Source: a virus
Length of the DNA stretch: 64,000 nucleotides
Direction: 5' to 3' (one strand)
Virus record (IMG/VR): IMGVR_UViG_3300024177_000003
Span: 5,683 to 69,682 of that record
A model generated the notes under the pieces. That model worked only from the letters and a program-made list of their open reading frames with translations, had not been told where the DNA came from and made no database searches. Position 1 is the stretch's first letter. Every line of letters begins with the position of its first letter. Shown in pieces: positions 37,269-48,076 of this stretch. Made by a program: the position numbers and the translations under genes.

Positions 37269-40062
37269 GGCGTTCGTCCCATTGTTTATACAGACGACGA
37301 TTAAAATCCCGCATTGTCGGCGGCGGTGCCGGCGGTGCTGGCGTTGTCGTCGTGTCCGGCGGAGGTGCAGCCTTCGTTACGGGTGCCGGGATGTTACGGT
37401 AACCCATCTCACCCTTCGGACCGAACGAACCGAACTCCTTACCCTCGCGCTTCGGTGCCAAGTGCCACAATCCAGTGCCGGGTTCACGCGCCATCGTGTG
37501 GGTGTCCGGCAATTTTATATTTGGAGGCTGCGTGCCTCTGTAGGTCGACAGATCGTCATCGCCCGGCCGTGGCCGTGGTTGATTCGATGGAAACGCGTTC
37601 GACGGGGCATAATCGTTCGGGTTCGGCACGCTTTGCCCGCTTGCAATGTTGGCCTGCCGCCGGACCACATCGCTGAGTCGTTGTTTATAATCAGCGATCT
37701 CCTCAGGAGTTGGTTTATCGCTTTTAAACAAAGCTTCAAGACCTAACCGCGCATCCCTCCCGTTGCGATCCTGCGAATCGGTTAAAAGTTTACGCTCCTG
37801 CTGGCTCAGCGACATGATCAATCGCTGCATCGCCGCATCACGCGTCTCCCGTGCAGCGCCTTCACGCCGGCCCTGCATTTCGCGACCGTAGTCTTGTGCT
37901 TGTTTCTGATAATCGTTGCGCGCTTGGATGCCAGCAGCCTGCCGTGCAAACTGGTTAGCCTGGCCTTGATCCCATTGATAGCGCCGGTCACCGGCCGTGA
38001 GTTTATACTGCTCGTCGACGCGATCGGCGTGATACCGCGCCACCTGCTGTTGATAAATGCGTTCATCCTGCCGACGTGCTGCGTCCAAGGCGCGGCTCTG
38101 CTGCATCCGCGTGTTGTCTGGATACTCGCTCATCACCCGGTTATAACGCGCACGTTCACGTTCAAACGAGTGCGGATGCGGCATGCCGGGCACCTCCGAC
38201 GGACCAACCCATTGCCCGTTTACATAACGCCCGATCGGCTGCTGCCGTGGTTGCAGTTGTTGTGGCTGCTGCGCATAACCGGTCGGCACCTGCTGCGGTG
38301 TCTGCTGTCGCGATGCTGGCTGCGGCTGGCTGGCACGGTAGCCGGGCTGCTGCATCTGCCAGGCTTTCATGACGCCAAGACCGGGCGCCGTCAGCCGTTG
38401 ATCGGCAGCTGCCCCGCGATCGGCACCCGCCCGGAGCGCTGCCTGCGCGGCGTCGATGCGTCCGGCCAGTGCCAGATCGGTCGGTCCGCCGGCCATCTGC
38501 CGGGCAGCGTCGGCAACTCCGGCATCCCCCAGACCTGCGACTTGGCCGCGGGTACCACCCGAACCCGTCAGCTGCGCCAAGGTTTGCTCGAGACCCTGCG
38601 ATCCTTGCACGTCGAACAGCGATGCCGGCCCTGCCGCGTACTGCTGGAACTGCTCGGGCGTCATCGCGAACGACGTCACCCGGCCGTCCGGAGCATGCAC
38701 CACCGCGGTGATGTTGCCGTCGTCGGTCTGGTGAAAGTCGAGCTTGCGGCCGTTGGGGACCAGGTCGTTGAGCTTCGAGGCCAGCTCCAAGGCCTTGCCC
38801 ATATCGCCCTGCGTCAGCGCCGCCATCATGACCCCGCGGACCTTGTCGTAGGACGGCCGCAGCGACTGGACGAACTTCGACGCCATGTCGATGTCGCCGC
38901 GCTGCACCAGCGCGTCGACGGTGCGATAGATCGCCCGATTCTGGTCGCCGCGATGCGCCTCGCCGGTGGTCTGGTCCATCAGCTGGGTGACGGCTTCGGG
39001 GCTGAGGCCGCCCTGTCCCTGCAGCATCGCCTGCAGCGACTGCTGCGGGAACGCACCTTGTCGTGGCTGCGGCTGCCGTTCGGTCGGGGTCTGCGGCGCC
39101 TCCATGGGCGCAGCGCGCTGCGCATAGCCGGTCGGAACCGGCGCTTGCGCAGCTGGGGCTTCTCCCTCGGGTACGAAATAACCCGTCCGCTCCGTAGTTT
39201 GAGGTTCTTCCTGCTGCGGAGCCGTCGCCGTCGCCGCCGTCTGCGGCAGCGCCTGCCGGCCGCTACCGGACAGCCCGAACTGCTGCTGGGTGTAGCTGAG
39301 GACGTCACGCAGATCCGTCGTCGGCTTGTCCATCGCGCCGGCACCGGGCGAGAACCCGGTCTGGACGCCACCGGGCGCCCACTGTGACGGCCGCCCCTGA
39401 GACTCGTCGGCGAGCATGTGCGAAGGGCCAAAGTCCTGCGCCCGGGCTTCGGGCATGCCGCCGCCACCGCCTTCACCGCCACCACTTTCGCCGCCGCCAC
39501 CACCGCCGCGCGGCGCCCCGCCGCCACCGCCCCCTTCTTCTGCAGGGGGTCGATCGGTTGGCTCCTTCTCCTCGTCATCCGCCTTCGCGGCTTGCGGCTG
39601 GTTCTCTTCGTCGGGGTCTTTCAAGTCCTCGTCATCGGCCGGCAGCGCGCCGGTGTCGCCGGGTTCAAGCGGCTCCTCTTCCTCCTGAGGTTCCTCGCGC
39701 TCCTCCGGCAATTCCGACCACGTAGGATTGTACTTTTCATCGTCGTCATCACTATCTTCGGACGCGCCGCTGTCGTCTTCGACCTCGCCGCCGTCTTCGA
39801 ACCGATATTGCGGCGGCACCACCGGCGCCTGGGCCGGACGCGTTGCTCGCGCAACCTTGTCGGTGTTGTAGTTCGCCGGGTTGGAGGCGCGGGCATCGAG
39901 CGACATCGACATGATCATCGGATCACTAACAGGATACCTTGGCATCGCCCCGGTGCTCGCCGCCGGATCGGAGGTCCCGGCGGCCATGGCGGTGCCGACC
40001 TCGCCACCGGCGGCGTAGCCAATAACCTTGCGGTTGGCCGGACGACGGCGTCGCTTCTTCAT
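37258..40062 (-). CDS. Putative ejection protein
   Basis: 934 aa, Q/A/G-rich, with YAAGGEV and FEDGGEV motifs. Confidence 0.55.
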   Translation of the reverse strand: MKKRRRRPANRKVIGYAAGGEVGTAMAAGTSDPAASTGAMPRYPVSDPMIMSMSLDARASNPANYNTDKVARATRPAQAPVVPPQYRFEDGGEVEDDSGASEDSDDDDEKYNPTWSELPEEREEPQEEEEPLEPGDTGALPADDEDLKDPDEENQPQAAKADDEEKEPTDRPPAEEGGGGGGAPRGGGGGGESGGGEGGGGGMPEARAQDFGPSHMLADESQGRPSQWAPGGVQTGFSPGAGAMDKPTTDLRDVLSYTQQQFGLSGSGRQALPQTAATATAPQQEEPQTTERTGYFVPEGEAPAAQAPVPTGYAQRAAPMEAPQTPTERQPQPRQGAFPQQSLQAMLQGQGGLSPEAVTQLMDQTTGEAHRGDQNRAIYRTVDALVQRGDIDMASKFVQSLRPSYDKVRGVMMAALTQGDMGKALELASKLNDLVPNGRKLDFHQTDDGNITAVVHAPDGRVTSFAMTPEQFQQYAAGPASLFDVQGSQGLEQTLAQLTGSGGTRGQVAGLGDAGVADAARQMAGGPTDLALAGRIDAAQAALRAGADRGAAADQRLTAPGLGVMKAWQMQQPGYRASQPQPASRQQTPQQVPTGYAQQPQQLQPRQQPIGRYVNGQWVGPSEVPGMPHPHSFERERARYNRVMSEYPDNTRMQQSRALDAARRQDERIYQQQVARYHADRVDEQYKLTAGDRRYQWDQGQANQFARQAAGIQARNDYQKQAQDYGREMQGRREGAARETRDAAMQRLIMSLSQQERKLLTDSQDRNGRDARLGLEALFKSDKPTPEEIADYKQRLSDVVRRQANIASGQSVPNPNDYAPSNAFPSNQPRPRPGDDDLSTYRGTQPPNIKLPDTHTMAREPGTGLWHLAPKREGKEFGSFGPKGEMGYRNIPAPVTKAAPPPDTTTTPAPPAPPPTMRDFNRRLYKQWDERRGQ

Positions 40063-42365
40063 TGCTGATACCCCGTCTGGATCTGCATCTGCTGCGGGCT
40101 GCCGCCGGCGGCCTGGATTTTCCGGGCCTGGGCAATGAGCTTGTAGAAGAACTCCTTACCTTTCCATGCCGCCACATCCTTGGGGATGACGAACTCGCCG
40201 GCGTTCAGCTGCGCTTGGACGTCATCGACTTTCTGCCCGCCGGACGGGCTCAATTCGTGCGACACGAACCCGCCCGTGGTCGGCGGCTTGACCTGGCCGC
40301 CACGCGCCATCATCGGCGGCCCGTTGCCCGCTGGCTGGCGCGGGTTGAAGAACAGCGGCGGCTGCTGCGGCGGCATCATCGGTCCGGTGGTCGGCATGCG
40401 CGGGCGGGGCGGCGGACGCGCCGGCCGCATCGGCCGTGGGCGGTACCCGGTCTGCGGCCGCCTCATGACGGGCCCGCCGGCGGCCATCTCTTCACCGCCA
40501 CCGCTGTCGCCACCGCTATCGCCACCGCCGTCACCGCCGCTGTCACCACCGTCATCGCCGCCGTCATCGCCGCCGCTGTCGCCGCCGCCGTCGCCACCGT
40601 CGTCACCCCAGCTATCGCCACCATCGTCGCCGTAAGGATCATCGCCCCAGTCGGTCTGGTCATCGTTGGTGCTGCCGTCGTCCCAGCCGGAGTCGCCCCA
40701 GTCGATGTTGTCATAACCGGTGTCGCCGCCGGTGTCGCCGTATGGGTCGCCGCCCCAGTCGATGTTATCGCCGGTGTCACCATAAGGATCAGCACCCCAG
40801 TCCGTGGTGTCGCCATAGGGGTCGCTGCCAAAGTCGTAGCCGGTGTTGCCGTATGGATCGCCATAAGGGTCGCTACCGTACGGATCGAATTCGAAATTCG
40901 GCGCGTCCTGGCCGCCCCAACCTTCGTCGTTGGGGTTGGTCGTACCGAAATCGATGGTCTGGCCGCCGGTGGTGTCACCGAAATCGATGTTCGGGGTGTT
41001 GAAATCCTGGACGTTGACGTCGGTCGTCGGCGCCGTGTCGGTGCCGGTCGTGGTCGCATCGACCTGCGAAATCGGCGTCTGGCCGAAATTCGGTGAATTC
41101 GCGTCGCTCGTCTGATCGTCCGGACGCCACTCACCAAACGTCTGATTCAAATTATCGAGCGCAGACTGCGTCCGTGCGTCGGCCAGCACCTGGTTGGAGT
41201 CATAACCGGTCGGCGCCGCCGCGTTATCGCCGACGACTTGATAAGGCGCACCGTTTTCCGCCTGTGTACCAGTGTCTTGAACGTTACCGCCCCATGTCGA
41301 CGGGTCGTTCGGATTGGCACCGGGAATGTCGTATCCGGGCGGCACGCCGCCCGACACGCCCGGCCCAGGGGCCGGCGCCGCATCATTAGGAAACGCCGAA
41401 CCTGGGCTCATCGGCGTAAACCCGGTCGTATCGAACTGCGGCGCTTGCGGCGCAGTATCGGGGGTTGCCGGCCAACCCTGATTTGCCGGTAACTGGAACC
41501 CCGGCATGTTCGTCGGATCCTGCCATGTATCCGGGTTGTTGGGGTCGTAAGGCGGAACGTTGCCGCGCGGGTCAGGCTCCGGCAGCGGGATATCTCCTCC
41601 AGGCTGTGGCTGCGCGTTCGGGGCGTTCTGCTGCTGTGGCGCCTTCGGCCCGGCCGGTTTCGGCGCCGGCGGTTTGGCCTGCTTGGGGGCGCCGCCCTTA
41701 CCTTGCTGAGGTTGCCCGCCGCCACCTTTGTTGCCGCCGTCCCCGCCGCCCTTATCGCCGCCGCTGGGGCTCGAGCTAACCGAACCTTGAGTCGACTGCG
41801 ATTTCGACTGCGACTGCTGTCCGACCGGCGGCAGCTTCATCTGCATGGCGGTGCCGAGCAGCGCGTTCATCGCGTTGGCAGCATTGTACCCGATCTGGTT
41901 GTTCTGCAGGCTCGCCGAGATCGCCTGCTGCCGCATCGCGTTGCCTGCGGCCTGGTCGGCCATGCGCTGCTGATTGCCGGCACCGGCCGCCGCTGCTGCC
42001 GTCATCACCCGGTTGGCTTCGTCGAGCGCGGCGTAGCGCCCACTCGAGGGATCGATGCCGTAGCTCTGCAGGTCCTGAATCGCCGACTGCCGGCCTTGCT
42101 CACCGGCCTGCTGCACCCCGGCTTCGGCCATGCCCATATCGACAGCGATGCGCTGCGGCGACGCATAGCTGAGCGCGTCGCGCATGACGCCGTCGATATT
42201 GCCTTGGTTACGATTGTATTGATCGATGCCCCACTGATAAACCTGAGGCGCCAGATCCCGCGCATACTGCGCGATCTGCATCATCAGATCGCTTTGCGGC
42301 GTGTTCATCAGGACCGGGGTCGATGTCGACTCCGATGTGGACTGGCCAAAACTCGTTGAAGCCAT
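40059..42365 (-). CDS. Putative ejection protein with Asp/Gly repeats
   Basis: Q/A-rich N-terminus, DPYGDT/GDDG repeats, C-terminal DDVQAQLNAGEFVIP motif. Confidence 0.55.
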   Translation of the reverse strand: MASTSFGQSTSESTSTPVLMNTPQSDLMMQIAQYARDLAPQVYQWGIDQYNRNQGNIDGVMRDALSYASPQRIAVDMGMAEAGVQQAGEQGRQSAIQDLQSYGIDPSSGRYAALDEANRVMTAAAAAGAGNQQRMADQAAGNAMRQQAISASLQNNQIGYNAANAMNALLGTAMQMKLPPVGQQSQSKSQSTQGSVSSSPSGGDKGGGDGGNKGGGGQPQQGKGGAPKQAKPPAPKPAGPKAPQQQNAPNAQPQPGGDIPLPEPDPRGNVPPYDPNNPDTWQDPTNMPGFQLPANQGWPATPDTAPQAPQFDTTGFTPMSPGSAFPNDAAPAPGPGVSGGVPPGYDIPGANPNDPSTWGGNVQDTGTQAENGAPYQVVGDNAAAPTGYDSNQVLADARTQSALDNLNQTFGEWRPDDQTSDANSPNFGQTPISQVDATTTGTDTAPTTDVNVQDFNTPNIDFGDTTGGQTIDFGTTNPNDEGWGGQDAPNFEFDPYGSDPYGDPYGNTGYDFGSDPYGDTTDWGADPYGDTGDNIDWGGDPYGDTGGDTGYDNIDWGDSGWDDGSTNDDQTDWGDDPYGDDGGDSWGDDGGDGGGDSGGDDGGDDGGDSGGDGGGDSGGDSGGGEEMAAGGPVMRRPQTGYRPRPMRPARPPPRPRMPTTGPMMPPQQPPLFFNPRQPAGNGPPMMARGGQVKPPTTGGFVSHELSPSGGQKVDDVQAQLNAGEFVIPKDVAAWKGKEFFYKLIAQARKIQAAGGSPQQMQIQTGYQQ

Positions 42366-42426
42366 CTGTAAAGCCCTACAAAATACCGCTGTATTTTGGC
42401 CTTAGCAGAAATGGCTGAACGATGTA

Positions 42427-43695
42427 TTAACCGGACGCAGGAAGCGCATCCTCGGCAGGGGGCGGAGGTGGCGGCGCGGTCGGATCCGGCGTCGCTAACG
42501 CCGGCTGCGGGTCGAACGGCGTGATGTGAAACGGATCCGGGAATCCCGGTCCGGAATCCCAATGATCGAACTTGCTGTGCCAGTAACCGGTGTTGGTGCC
42601 TTTCATCCAGTTTTTATCGACGTGAAGCTGCAGCTGCGCCTTGGGCTTCGTCTCGCCGAAATTGCCGCTGAATTTACCAAGCGCCATCTCGGCGGTCTTC
42701 ACCGGCTCCGGCTTGCCGCCATTGGTGATGAACAGCTTGCGCATCGCACCGTCGCGAAAATCCACGACCTTGCCGTCGTAGAATTGGAACTCGGCGAACT
42801 GCAGATCACCGTATTTATAGCTTGTCAGATCGACCGGCACGGGGATGCCGAGCCCGCCGGTCGGTGCAGAAAAGCCACCGGATTCAACCTCATCGTATTG
42901 ACTTGGATCAAAAGTCCAGTTGTACACAGCGGTTATCGACTGATCACCACCGCCACCAAACCCCCCCACAGCCAAAGCCGCTCCCCCACACGGCCAAAGT
43001 TTAAGCCCATCAATAGGTTCATCATCGAATGATATCGACAGCGTTCCAAAAGCACCGGTGATGTCGTAAGAGATGGCAATGTGGTGCCATACATCGGGCT
43101 GAACGGTCACGAGGAAATCGGAATCATCGATACTGATACCGTATTCATGTTGCGAATCCTGAAACCCGACCGAGAAAAAATTACCTTCTGTTCGCCGAAA
43201 TGTTATCTTACCGTCGTTGTCGCGTATCGTAACTGAAGACGTGTTCTGCGATTGAAATCGAAGCGCCAAGTTGCACAGATTCGGATAGAATCTCGGGTTG
43301 CCGTTGTCATCAAAGCCGCCAACATAAACACCGATAAACGACGGACCTTGTGACCAGACAATTGTCTGAGAACCAAAATTACCCTGGTCTGTATAGCTGG
43401 TAACAACGTTCGTATCTCCCCATGTCACGATCGGGACGATCCCGGCCAAGACAAGGTCCGGCGTATAATCTGCTACAGCGAGATCGGCCCAAACCGCATA
43501 CGCCGCCTGTAACGTCGCGAGCGGCATGCGGAACCAGATCGACATCGTCCCTTTATCAAGCCCTGGCTGGTCTGCAGCTTCGGCACGGCCCCAGGTCTCC
43601 GACCCCTCCTTGTCGATGTTGACAGAGAGCTTGCCACCCCAACTGACATTGACGATGCGTTCGAAAAAATCCTCTTTGAAGACGTAGCGTGTCAT
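42427..43695 (-). CDS. LamG/concanavalin-like tail protein
   Basis: TMSIWFR and WHHIAISYD are LamG-like strands. Confidence 0.6.
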   Translation of the reverse strand: MTRYVFKEDFFERIVNVSWGGKLSVNIDKEGSETWGRAEAADQPGLDKGTMSIWFRMPLATLQAAYAVWADLAVADYTPDLVLAGIVPIVTWGDTNVVTSYTDQGNFGSQTIVWSQGPSFIGVYVGGFDDNGNPRFYPNLCNLALRFQSQNTSSVTIRDNDGKITFRRTEGNFFSVGFQDSQHEYGISIDDSDFLVTVQPDVWHHIAISYDITGAFGTLSISFDDEPIDGLKLWPCGGAALAVGGFGGGGDQSITAVYNWTFDPSQYDEVESGGFSAPTGGLGIPVPVDLTSYKYGDLQFAEFQFYDGKVVDFRDGAMRKLFITNGGKPEPVKTAEMALGKFSGNFGETKPKAQLQLHVDKNWMKGTNTGYWHSKFDHWDSGPGFPDPFHITPFDPQPALATPDPTAPPPPPPAEDALPASG

Positions 43696-44277
43696 TTATG
43701 TCAGTCCTACCGGCCCGAGCAGCATTCCCGGTGGGCCTTCGACGGGTGGCCCTTCGCCGGGATCGCCCGGCCCGGTCGGTCCCGTCGGCTGCGGCGTCTC
43801 GGGAGCAAATTCGTCGCCCGTCTGTGCCGACCCCGGGCCGCCTGCCGGTGCCGTCAAGTCCTGATCGGTCTTCTTGTAGTAGCTCCAGAAAAAATTCGGC
43901 CGCGGACTGTCGAACGATTCGAACTGGATCTGACTCTGCCGGGTCACGTAGACTTTCTGGGTACTGTCCCGTTTACGTTCACCAGCATCATTGATGTGAT
44001 GGTTGTAAACGATCCCGCCAAAGTCAACGATGTAAACCTCGTCATAAGAATCCGTCGCATAGAGTGTGTCCCCTTGCGAAGCGAAGAACGGCTGCCGCGG
44101 AATGTAGAGATTGTTGATGGTGTAGTTGTTCGTCAGCGCCCGCACGGCATCGGCCAGCAGATTGATGGCGCGCAGCAGCGATGCCAGATCGTAAGCCGCC
44201 GGGATGGCGGGCAGGGTGTACCCAGTCCTCGGTTTGCGAATCTGTGTGTAGCTCGCAGGACAGGTCGACGCGATCAT
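43696..44277 (-). CDS. Tail-associated protein, paralog 3
   Basis: MIASTCP...DL.S motif shared with the two upstream genes. Confidence 0.65.
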   Translation of the reverse strand: MIASTCPASYTQIRKPRTGYTLPAIPAAYDLASLLRAINLLADAVRALTNNYTINNLYIPRQPFFASQGDTLYATDSYDEVYIVDFGGIVYNHHINDAGERKRDSTQKVYVTRQSQIQFESFDSPRPNFFWSYYKKTDQDLTAPAGGPGSAQTGDEFAPETPQPTGPTGPGDPGEGPPVEGPPGMLLGPVGLT

Positions 44278-44807
44278 GGCCCGCCGTCTCCGGAAGGCTC
44301 GTCTGATCCTGTATCGGTCGCGGCATCCGGCCCCGGATCCGGCGGGATGATATCATCGATCAGCTGTCCTTCACCCTTATTGCCGTAAATGAAATACAGA
44401 TAGCTGTCCAATGTCTTGTCGTACCACACCATTTGTTCAATGCGCTCGGTCACCACCCACTTGGTCTTGTCGGGCGTGCCGTCCAGATTGGTGCCGTAGT
44501 AAACGTAAAAGTTCTTGACCCGCAGATCCTTGCGCTCGATCCATTTCGAATGTTTAAGGTTGTCTTGAACGGCAGCCACCCAGCCGCTCTTGATCCGATG
44601 GTCGTACACATTGTTGATCGGCTTGCGCTGCGCCAGCGCGTTGTATATCCCGCGCGCGAAATCGAGCGCCTTGAACGCCGATGACAGGTCGGTCGGCATC
44701 GGGAAGGTCGAGCGGGTGTAGAGCCCGGCACTGCCGCGCGGCAGCCCAGCAGGCTGGTCCCGGGACGACGGGCAGGTCTTGGCGACGGGACCGAAATACA
44801 CCGCCAT
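44274..44807 (-). CDS. Tail-associated protein, paralog 2
   Basis: Start MAVYFGPVAKTCP at 44807 overlaps the previous stop. Confidence 0.65.
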   Translation of the reverse strand: MAVYFGPVAKTCPSSRDQPAGLPRGSAGLYTRSTFPMPTDLSSAFKALDFARGIYNALAQRKPINNVYDHRIKSGWVAAVQDNLKHSKWIERKDLRVKNFYVYYGTNLDGTPDKTKWVVTERIEQMVWYDKTLDSYLYFIYGNKGEGQLIDDIIPPDPGPDAATDTGSDEPSGDGGP

Positions 44808-45202
44808 CACAAGAACCTCGTGTACACCAGCGTAATGCTCGTATCCATATTGTGGAACGTGACAGCGTTGAGCGGCCTGAACTGGATGTACTGTGTCGGG
44901 TCGTCCGGATTGACGATCACATCGTGACCGTAAACACGGCTGTCCTCGACCCACTCAGCGCCCTTCAACCGGGATACCTGATCGTCGCCTTTGAGAATGA
45001 CCGATGGCTCCCGCGGCACCACCGTGTTGTTCACATGCGGCGGCTGGTGCAGCATGTGATTCAACAGCTGCAGCAACGCCCGCAAGGCAGCCAGTGCCGA
45101 CCGCAAGTCGGTTGCCCGCGGCACGCCGCGGGCCGTATCCACGATCGTCTTCGGGATCGGCTTGAGCTGGCCGTAGCTGACGGGGCAGGTTGAAGCGATC
45201 AT
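44807..45202 (-). CDS. Tail-associated protein, paralog 1
   Basis: MIASTCPVSYGQ...TDLRSAL. Confidence 0.65.
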   Translation of the reverse strand: MIASTCPVSYGQLKPIPKTIVDTARGVPRATDLRSALAALRALLQLLNHMLHQPPHVNNTVVPREPSVILKGDDQVSRLKGAEWVEDSRVYGHDVIVNPDDPTQYIQFRPLNAVTFHNMDTSITLVYTRFL

Positions 45203-47505
45203 TAGACAAGCGCCAGCTCTTTGACAGACGTTGCCGTCTGCACGTTACTGATTTCAACGCGGCCTTCCAGTTCCCAGCTCCATTGCTCAGCCTTGATCCC
45301 GGAAAAAATTCGCAGCAGCTCCCCGCTGGTCCGGATTTCGCGTGTGCACCAGAGTTGGCCGTCCACATACACCCTCACGATCCCGTACTGGTTCGGGCCC
45401 AGCACAGACTGCGGGAAGGTTATGTCCCGGTCCACTTGCGGCGGCGTCGTGCTCGGTACGCTGAAGAACACCCGCATCACCTCGAAATTGCGCCGGGCTT
45501 CTTGCTGAAACGTCTTCGATCGCCAGAGGTACGGGATGATGATCGGGTCTGCGTCGGTAAAGTCGTAGAAATAGACTCCACCGCCCTGCACCAACAGACA
45601 GATGCCAGTCCATGCGTCCAACTCCACATTGTCAATGTCAAGTTTATTCGGGCTCGACAATGTGTTGAATCCAAGCCGGTGTCCACCAGCTTGTGGCCAG
45701 ATCGTAAACGAGGTCTGATCCTCGGCCGTCAGCTCAACCGTGTAGCCGACCTGCATGGGGTCGCCGACATTCATCGCCCCGAAGGCGAAATAGTTGGTCA
45801 TCAATTTAACGGCACGCACCGTAGCCTGCGGCGTCAGCTTCTTCCACTGCTCACGCAGGATCCAGCCTTCGGTCAAGTTGATCCCGGCGCCGGACTGGCT
45901 GATTTGGATGAGCCCGTTCTGGCTGACATACAGCACCGCGGTATCGGTCGGCACGATCGATGCGCCGTGCAGACACGGCTCGGGCAGATTGATCTTGGTC
46001 ATCGCCATCGACGCCGGGTTGACGCCGTTGACGACATAAGGCGTCCCCTGCGTACAGACGACGATCGATTGCCCGCAGACCCCGATCCCCATGATCGGAA
46101 ATTCGGTCGTGATCACGTAGCCCGGCGGCCAGGCATGCGGTCGGTAGGCTTCGCTGAACCAGACCTCGTTGCCTTTGTAGCCGACCGCGACGCCGTTCGG
46201 GAACGCCTTGATGGCCTTCATATCTGGCGGTGGGCCATACCAATAGAGCGACACCATCTGCGCGTTGAGCGCCACTACGTCATCGGAAATCGTGTCGACG
46301 TACTGTCCCTGCGAGACCGGCACCTCGGCGACGAAGAAATAGCTCCCGAGCCCCGCCTGGTTGGAGATCGTCCGATAGATCTTGGTCGTCTTGATGTTGC
46401 GCTGCGCCGGCAGCATCTCGCCCGGATTGTTCGGGTCAGGGTAATCGGCGCCGAGATTCTCGATCGTCGGCTGGAACAGATCGATCGTCCAGGTCGCGTT
46501 GGACCAGCCATTGACGACCACCGGCGGCGATGGCGGACCCTCCTCGCCATATTCCGTCACCCAGGTGTAGACATAGCCGCGCGCCTCAAACACCGACGCG
46601 CCGAGCAGATTGCCCCAGACCTGCGTTACCGGCTGGCCGCCGGTGGTGCCGCTGATCGGATCTGGTGGTGAGTTCGAATAGGTGTTCGTCCCGGTGGTAC
46701 CAAACGTAACCGCGTTGTTGGCGTTGAACACGTACATCGGCCGGCTATGCGCGATGCCGATCCAGTACGTGACGTTGGACATCACGTTGACGCTGTTGAT
46801 GATGGCGCTGTTGGCCTCGACACTGGTCGTGACGCCAACCATGTCCTCGCCGGTGCCGAGCAGCTGGTACGGCGCCCCGTTGTTGTCGCTGTAAACAACG
46901 GCTTGGTAATGCATCGCCGCGTCGGTCGTACCCGGCATAAAGCTGATCGACTGGATCATCATCGCGCCGCTGGGCACGATCGGGACCAGGAATATGCCGT
47001 TGCCGTTCTGATAGGTCGCCCCGCCGCCATTGACCGCGTCGACGAACTGATAACCGATCGCTGTCGTGTCGCCGCCGCCGGTGACGGTCACCCCGGGCGG
47101 ACACCCCGAAGCCGGCACCCCCAGAACCCAGTCGTGGTCACCGGCGACAATGCGATCGTAGGTGTTATAGCGCGGCTCCTGCGACGGGCTGGCGAAGTAG
47201 AACCGGTCGTACTGGTCATCCACGATCGGGGTGTGCATGACCGTGGTGTCAGGATCGAGGAATTCGAGCCAGTGCGAATCCGGCGCGGTGATCGCCGTGT
47301 TGTTGCTGGTCTTGTCCGGCACCCGGTAGACGTATTTGGCTGCCGAATTACGCAAGGTCCGCAGCAGCTTCGGTTGCCGCCAGCCGGTCAGATTGCCCGA
47401 AAATATGTACGCGTCCCTGCTGAAGGCCGCTTGGCCTTCAGGCAGCAGACGGACGTCCCAAGCTGGTAGCATGCCACCGTATTTATCGAGTTTGATGGCG
47501 GCCAC
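45202..47505 (-). CDS. Tail nozzle / packaged-DNA stabilisation protein (podovirus-type)
   Basis: Beta-rich 767 aa protein with YVYTWVTEYGEEGPPS, VWFSE.Y.PHAWP and Y.WRSK.F motifs. Confidence 0.7.
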   Translation of the reverse strand: MAAIKLDKYGGMLPAWDVRLLPEGQAAFSRDAYIFSGNLTGWRQPKLLRTLRNSAAKYVYRVPDKTSNNTAITAPDSHWLEFLDPDTTVMHTPIVDDQYDRFYFASPSQEPRYNTYDRIVAGDHDWVLGVPASGCPPGVTVTGGGDTTAIGYQFVDAVNGGGATYQNGNGIFLVPIVPSGAMMIQSISFMPGTTDAAMHYQAVVYSDNNGAPYQLLGTGEDMVGVTTSVEANSAIINSVNVMSNVTYWIGIAHSRPMYVFNANNAVTFGTTGTNTYSNSPPDPISGTTGGQPVTQVWGNLLGASVFEARGYVYTWVTEYGEEGPPSPPVVVNGWSNATWTIDLFQPTIENLGADYPDPNNPGEMLPAQRNIKTTKIYRTISNQAGLGSYFFVAEVPVSQGQYVDTISDDVVALNAQMVSLYWYGPPPDMKAIKAFPNGVAVGYKGNEVWFSEAYRPHAWPPGYVITTEFPIMGIGVCGQSIVVCTQGTPYVVNGVNPASMAMTKINLPEPCLHGASIVPTDTAVLYVSQNGLIQISQSGAGINLTEGWILREQWKKLTPQATVRAVKLMTNYFAFGAMNVGDPMQVGYTVELTAEDQTSFTIWPQAGGHRLGFNTLSSPNKLDIDNVELDAWTGICLLVQGGGVYFYDFTDADPIIIPYLWRSKTFQQEARRNFEVMRVFFSVPSTTPPQVDRDITFPQSVLGPNQYGIVRVYVDGQLWCTREIRTSGELLRIFSGIKAEQWSWELEGRVEISNVQTATSVKELALV

Positions 47506-47512
47506 GGCATCC

Positions 47513-48001
47513 TCATTTCAGTGTCGCACCCGAGGCCGGGAACGGCTGGTTCTGTCCCGGATTCTGCGGCTGCATCGTCGTGGTCTTGGCAGCCTCCTCG
47601 GCGGCCAGGCGTTCGCGCAAGAGCCGTACCCGCTCCTGTTCGGCTTCGGCCCGGGCCACGGCCTCGCGGCCAGCCTTCTGCTCGGCTTCGAACTGCGCGA
47701 GTTCCGGACCGTGCCGCCCGAGCGCGACAGGCGGTGGCGCCGACGGTTCGTTGCGCATCTGCCGAATCTTATCGAGGATCGCTTCGCGGGTGTCGAGCCC
47801 CTGCGCCGACGCGGCCTGTTTCTCGAGACTCTCGATCTCGTCTTGGCGGGCGGTCTTCTCCTGCAGATCGCGCGCGATCGTGCGCTGGCGCTCGGCCTCG
47901 GCCTCCTGGACGCGGTGCTGCGAACTCTGCGCCTGCATCTCCTGCAGCCGCTGCGCGTGGTGATCGACGGAAGCGGGGGCCGGTTCTTTGATTTTCGCCA
48001 T
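47513..48001 (-). CDS. Coiled-coil hypothetical protein
   Basis: RBS AGGAGGA; E/Q/R-rich. Confidence 0.65.
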   Translation of the reverse strand: MAKIKEPAPASVDHHAQRLQEMQAQSSQHRVQEAEAERQRTIARDLQEKTARQDEIESLEKQAASAQGLDTREAILDKIRQMRNEPSAPPPVALGRHGPELAQFEAEQKAGREAVARAEAEQERVRLLRERLAAEEAAKTTTMQPQNPGQNQPFPASGATLK

Positions 48002-48076
48002 GAGTCCTCCTTTGTGATACAGTCCTGTTTCGCCCAGCTACACTCGCCGTTAACGGGTCTATTTGAAGATTCGGAG

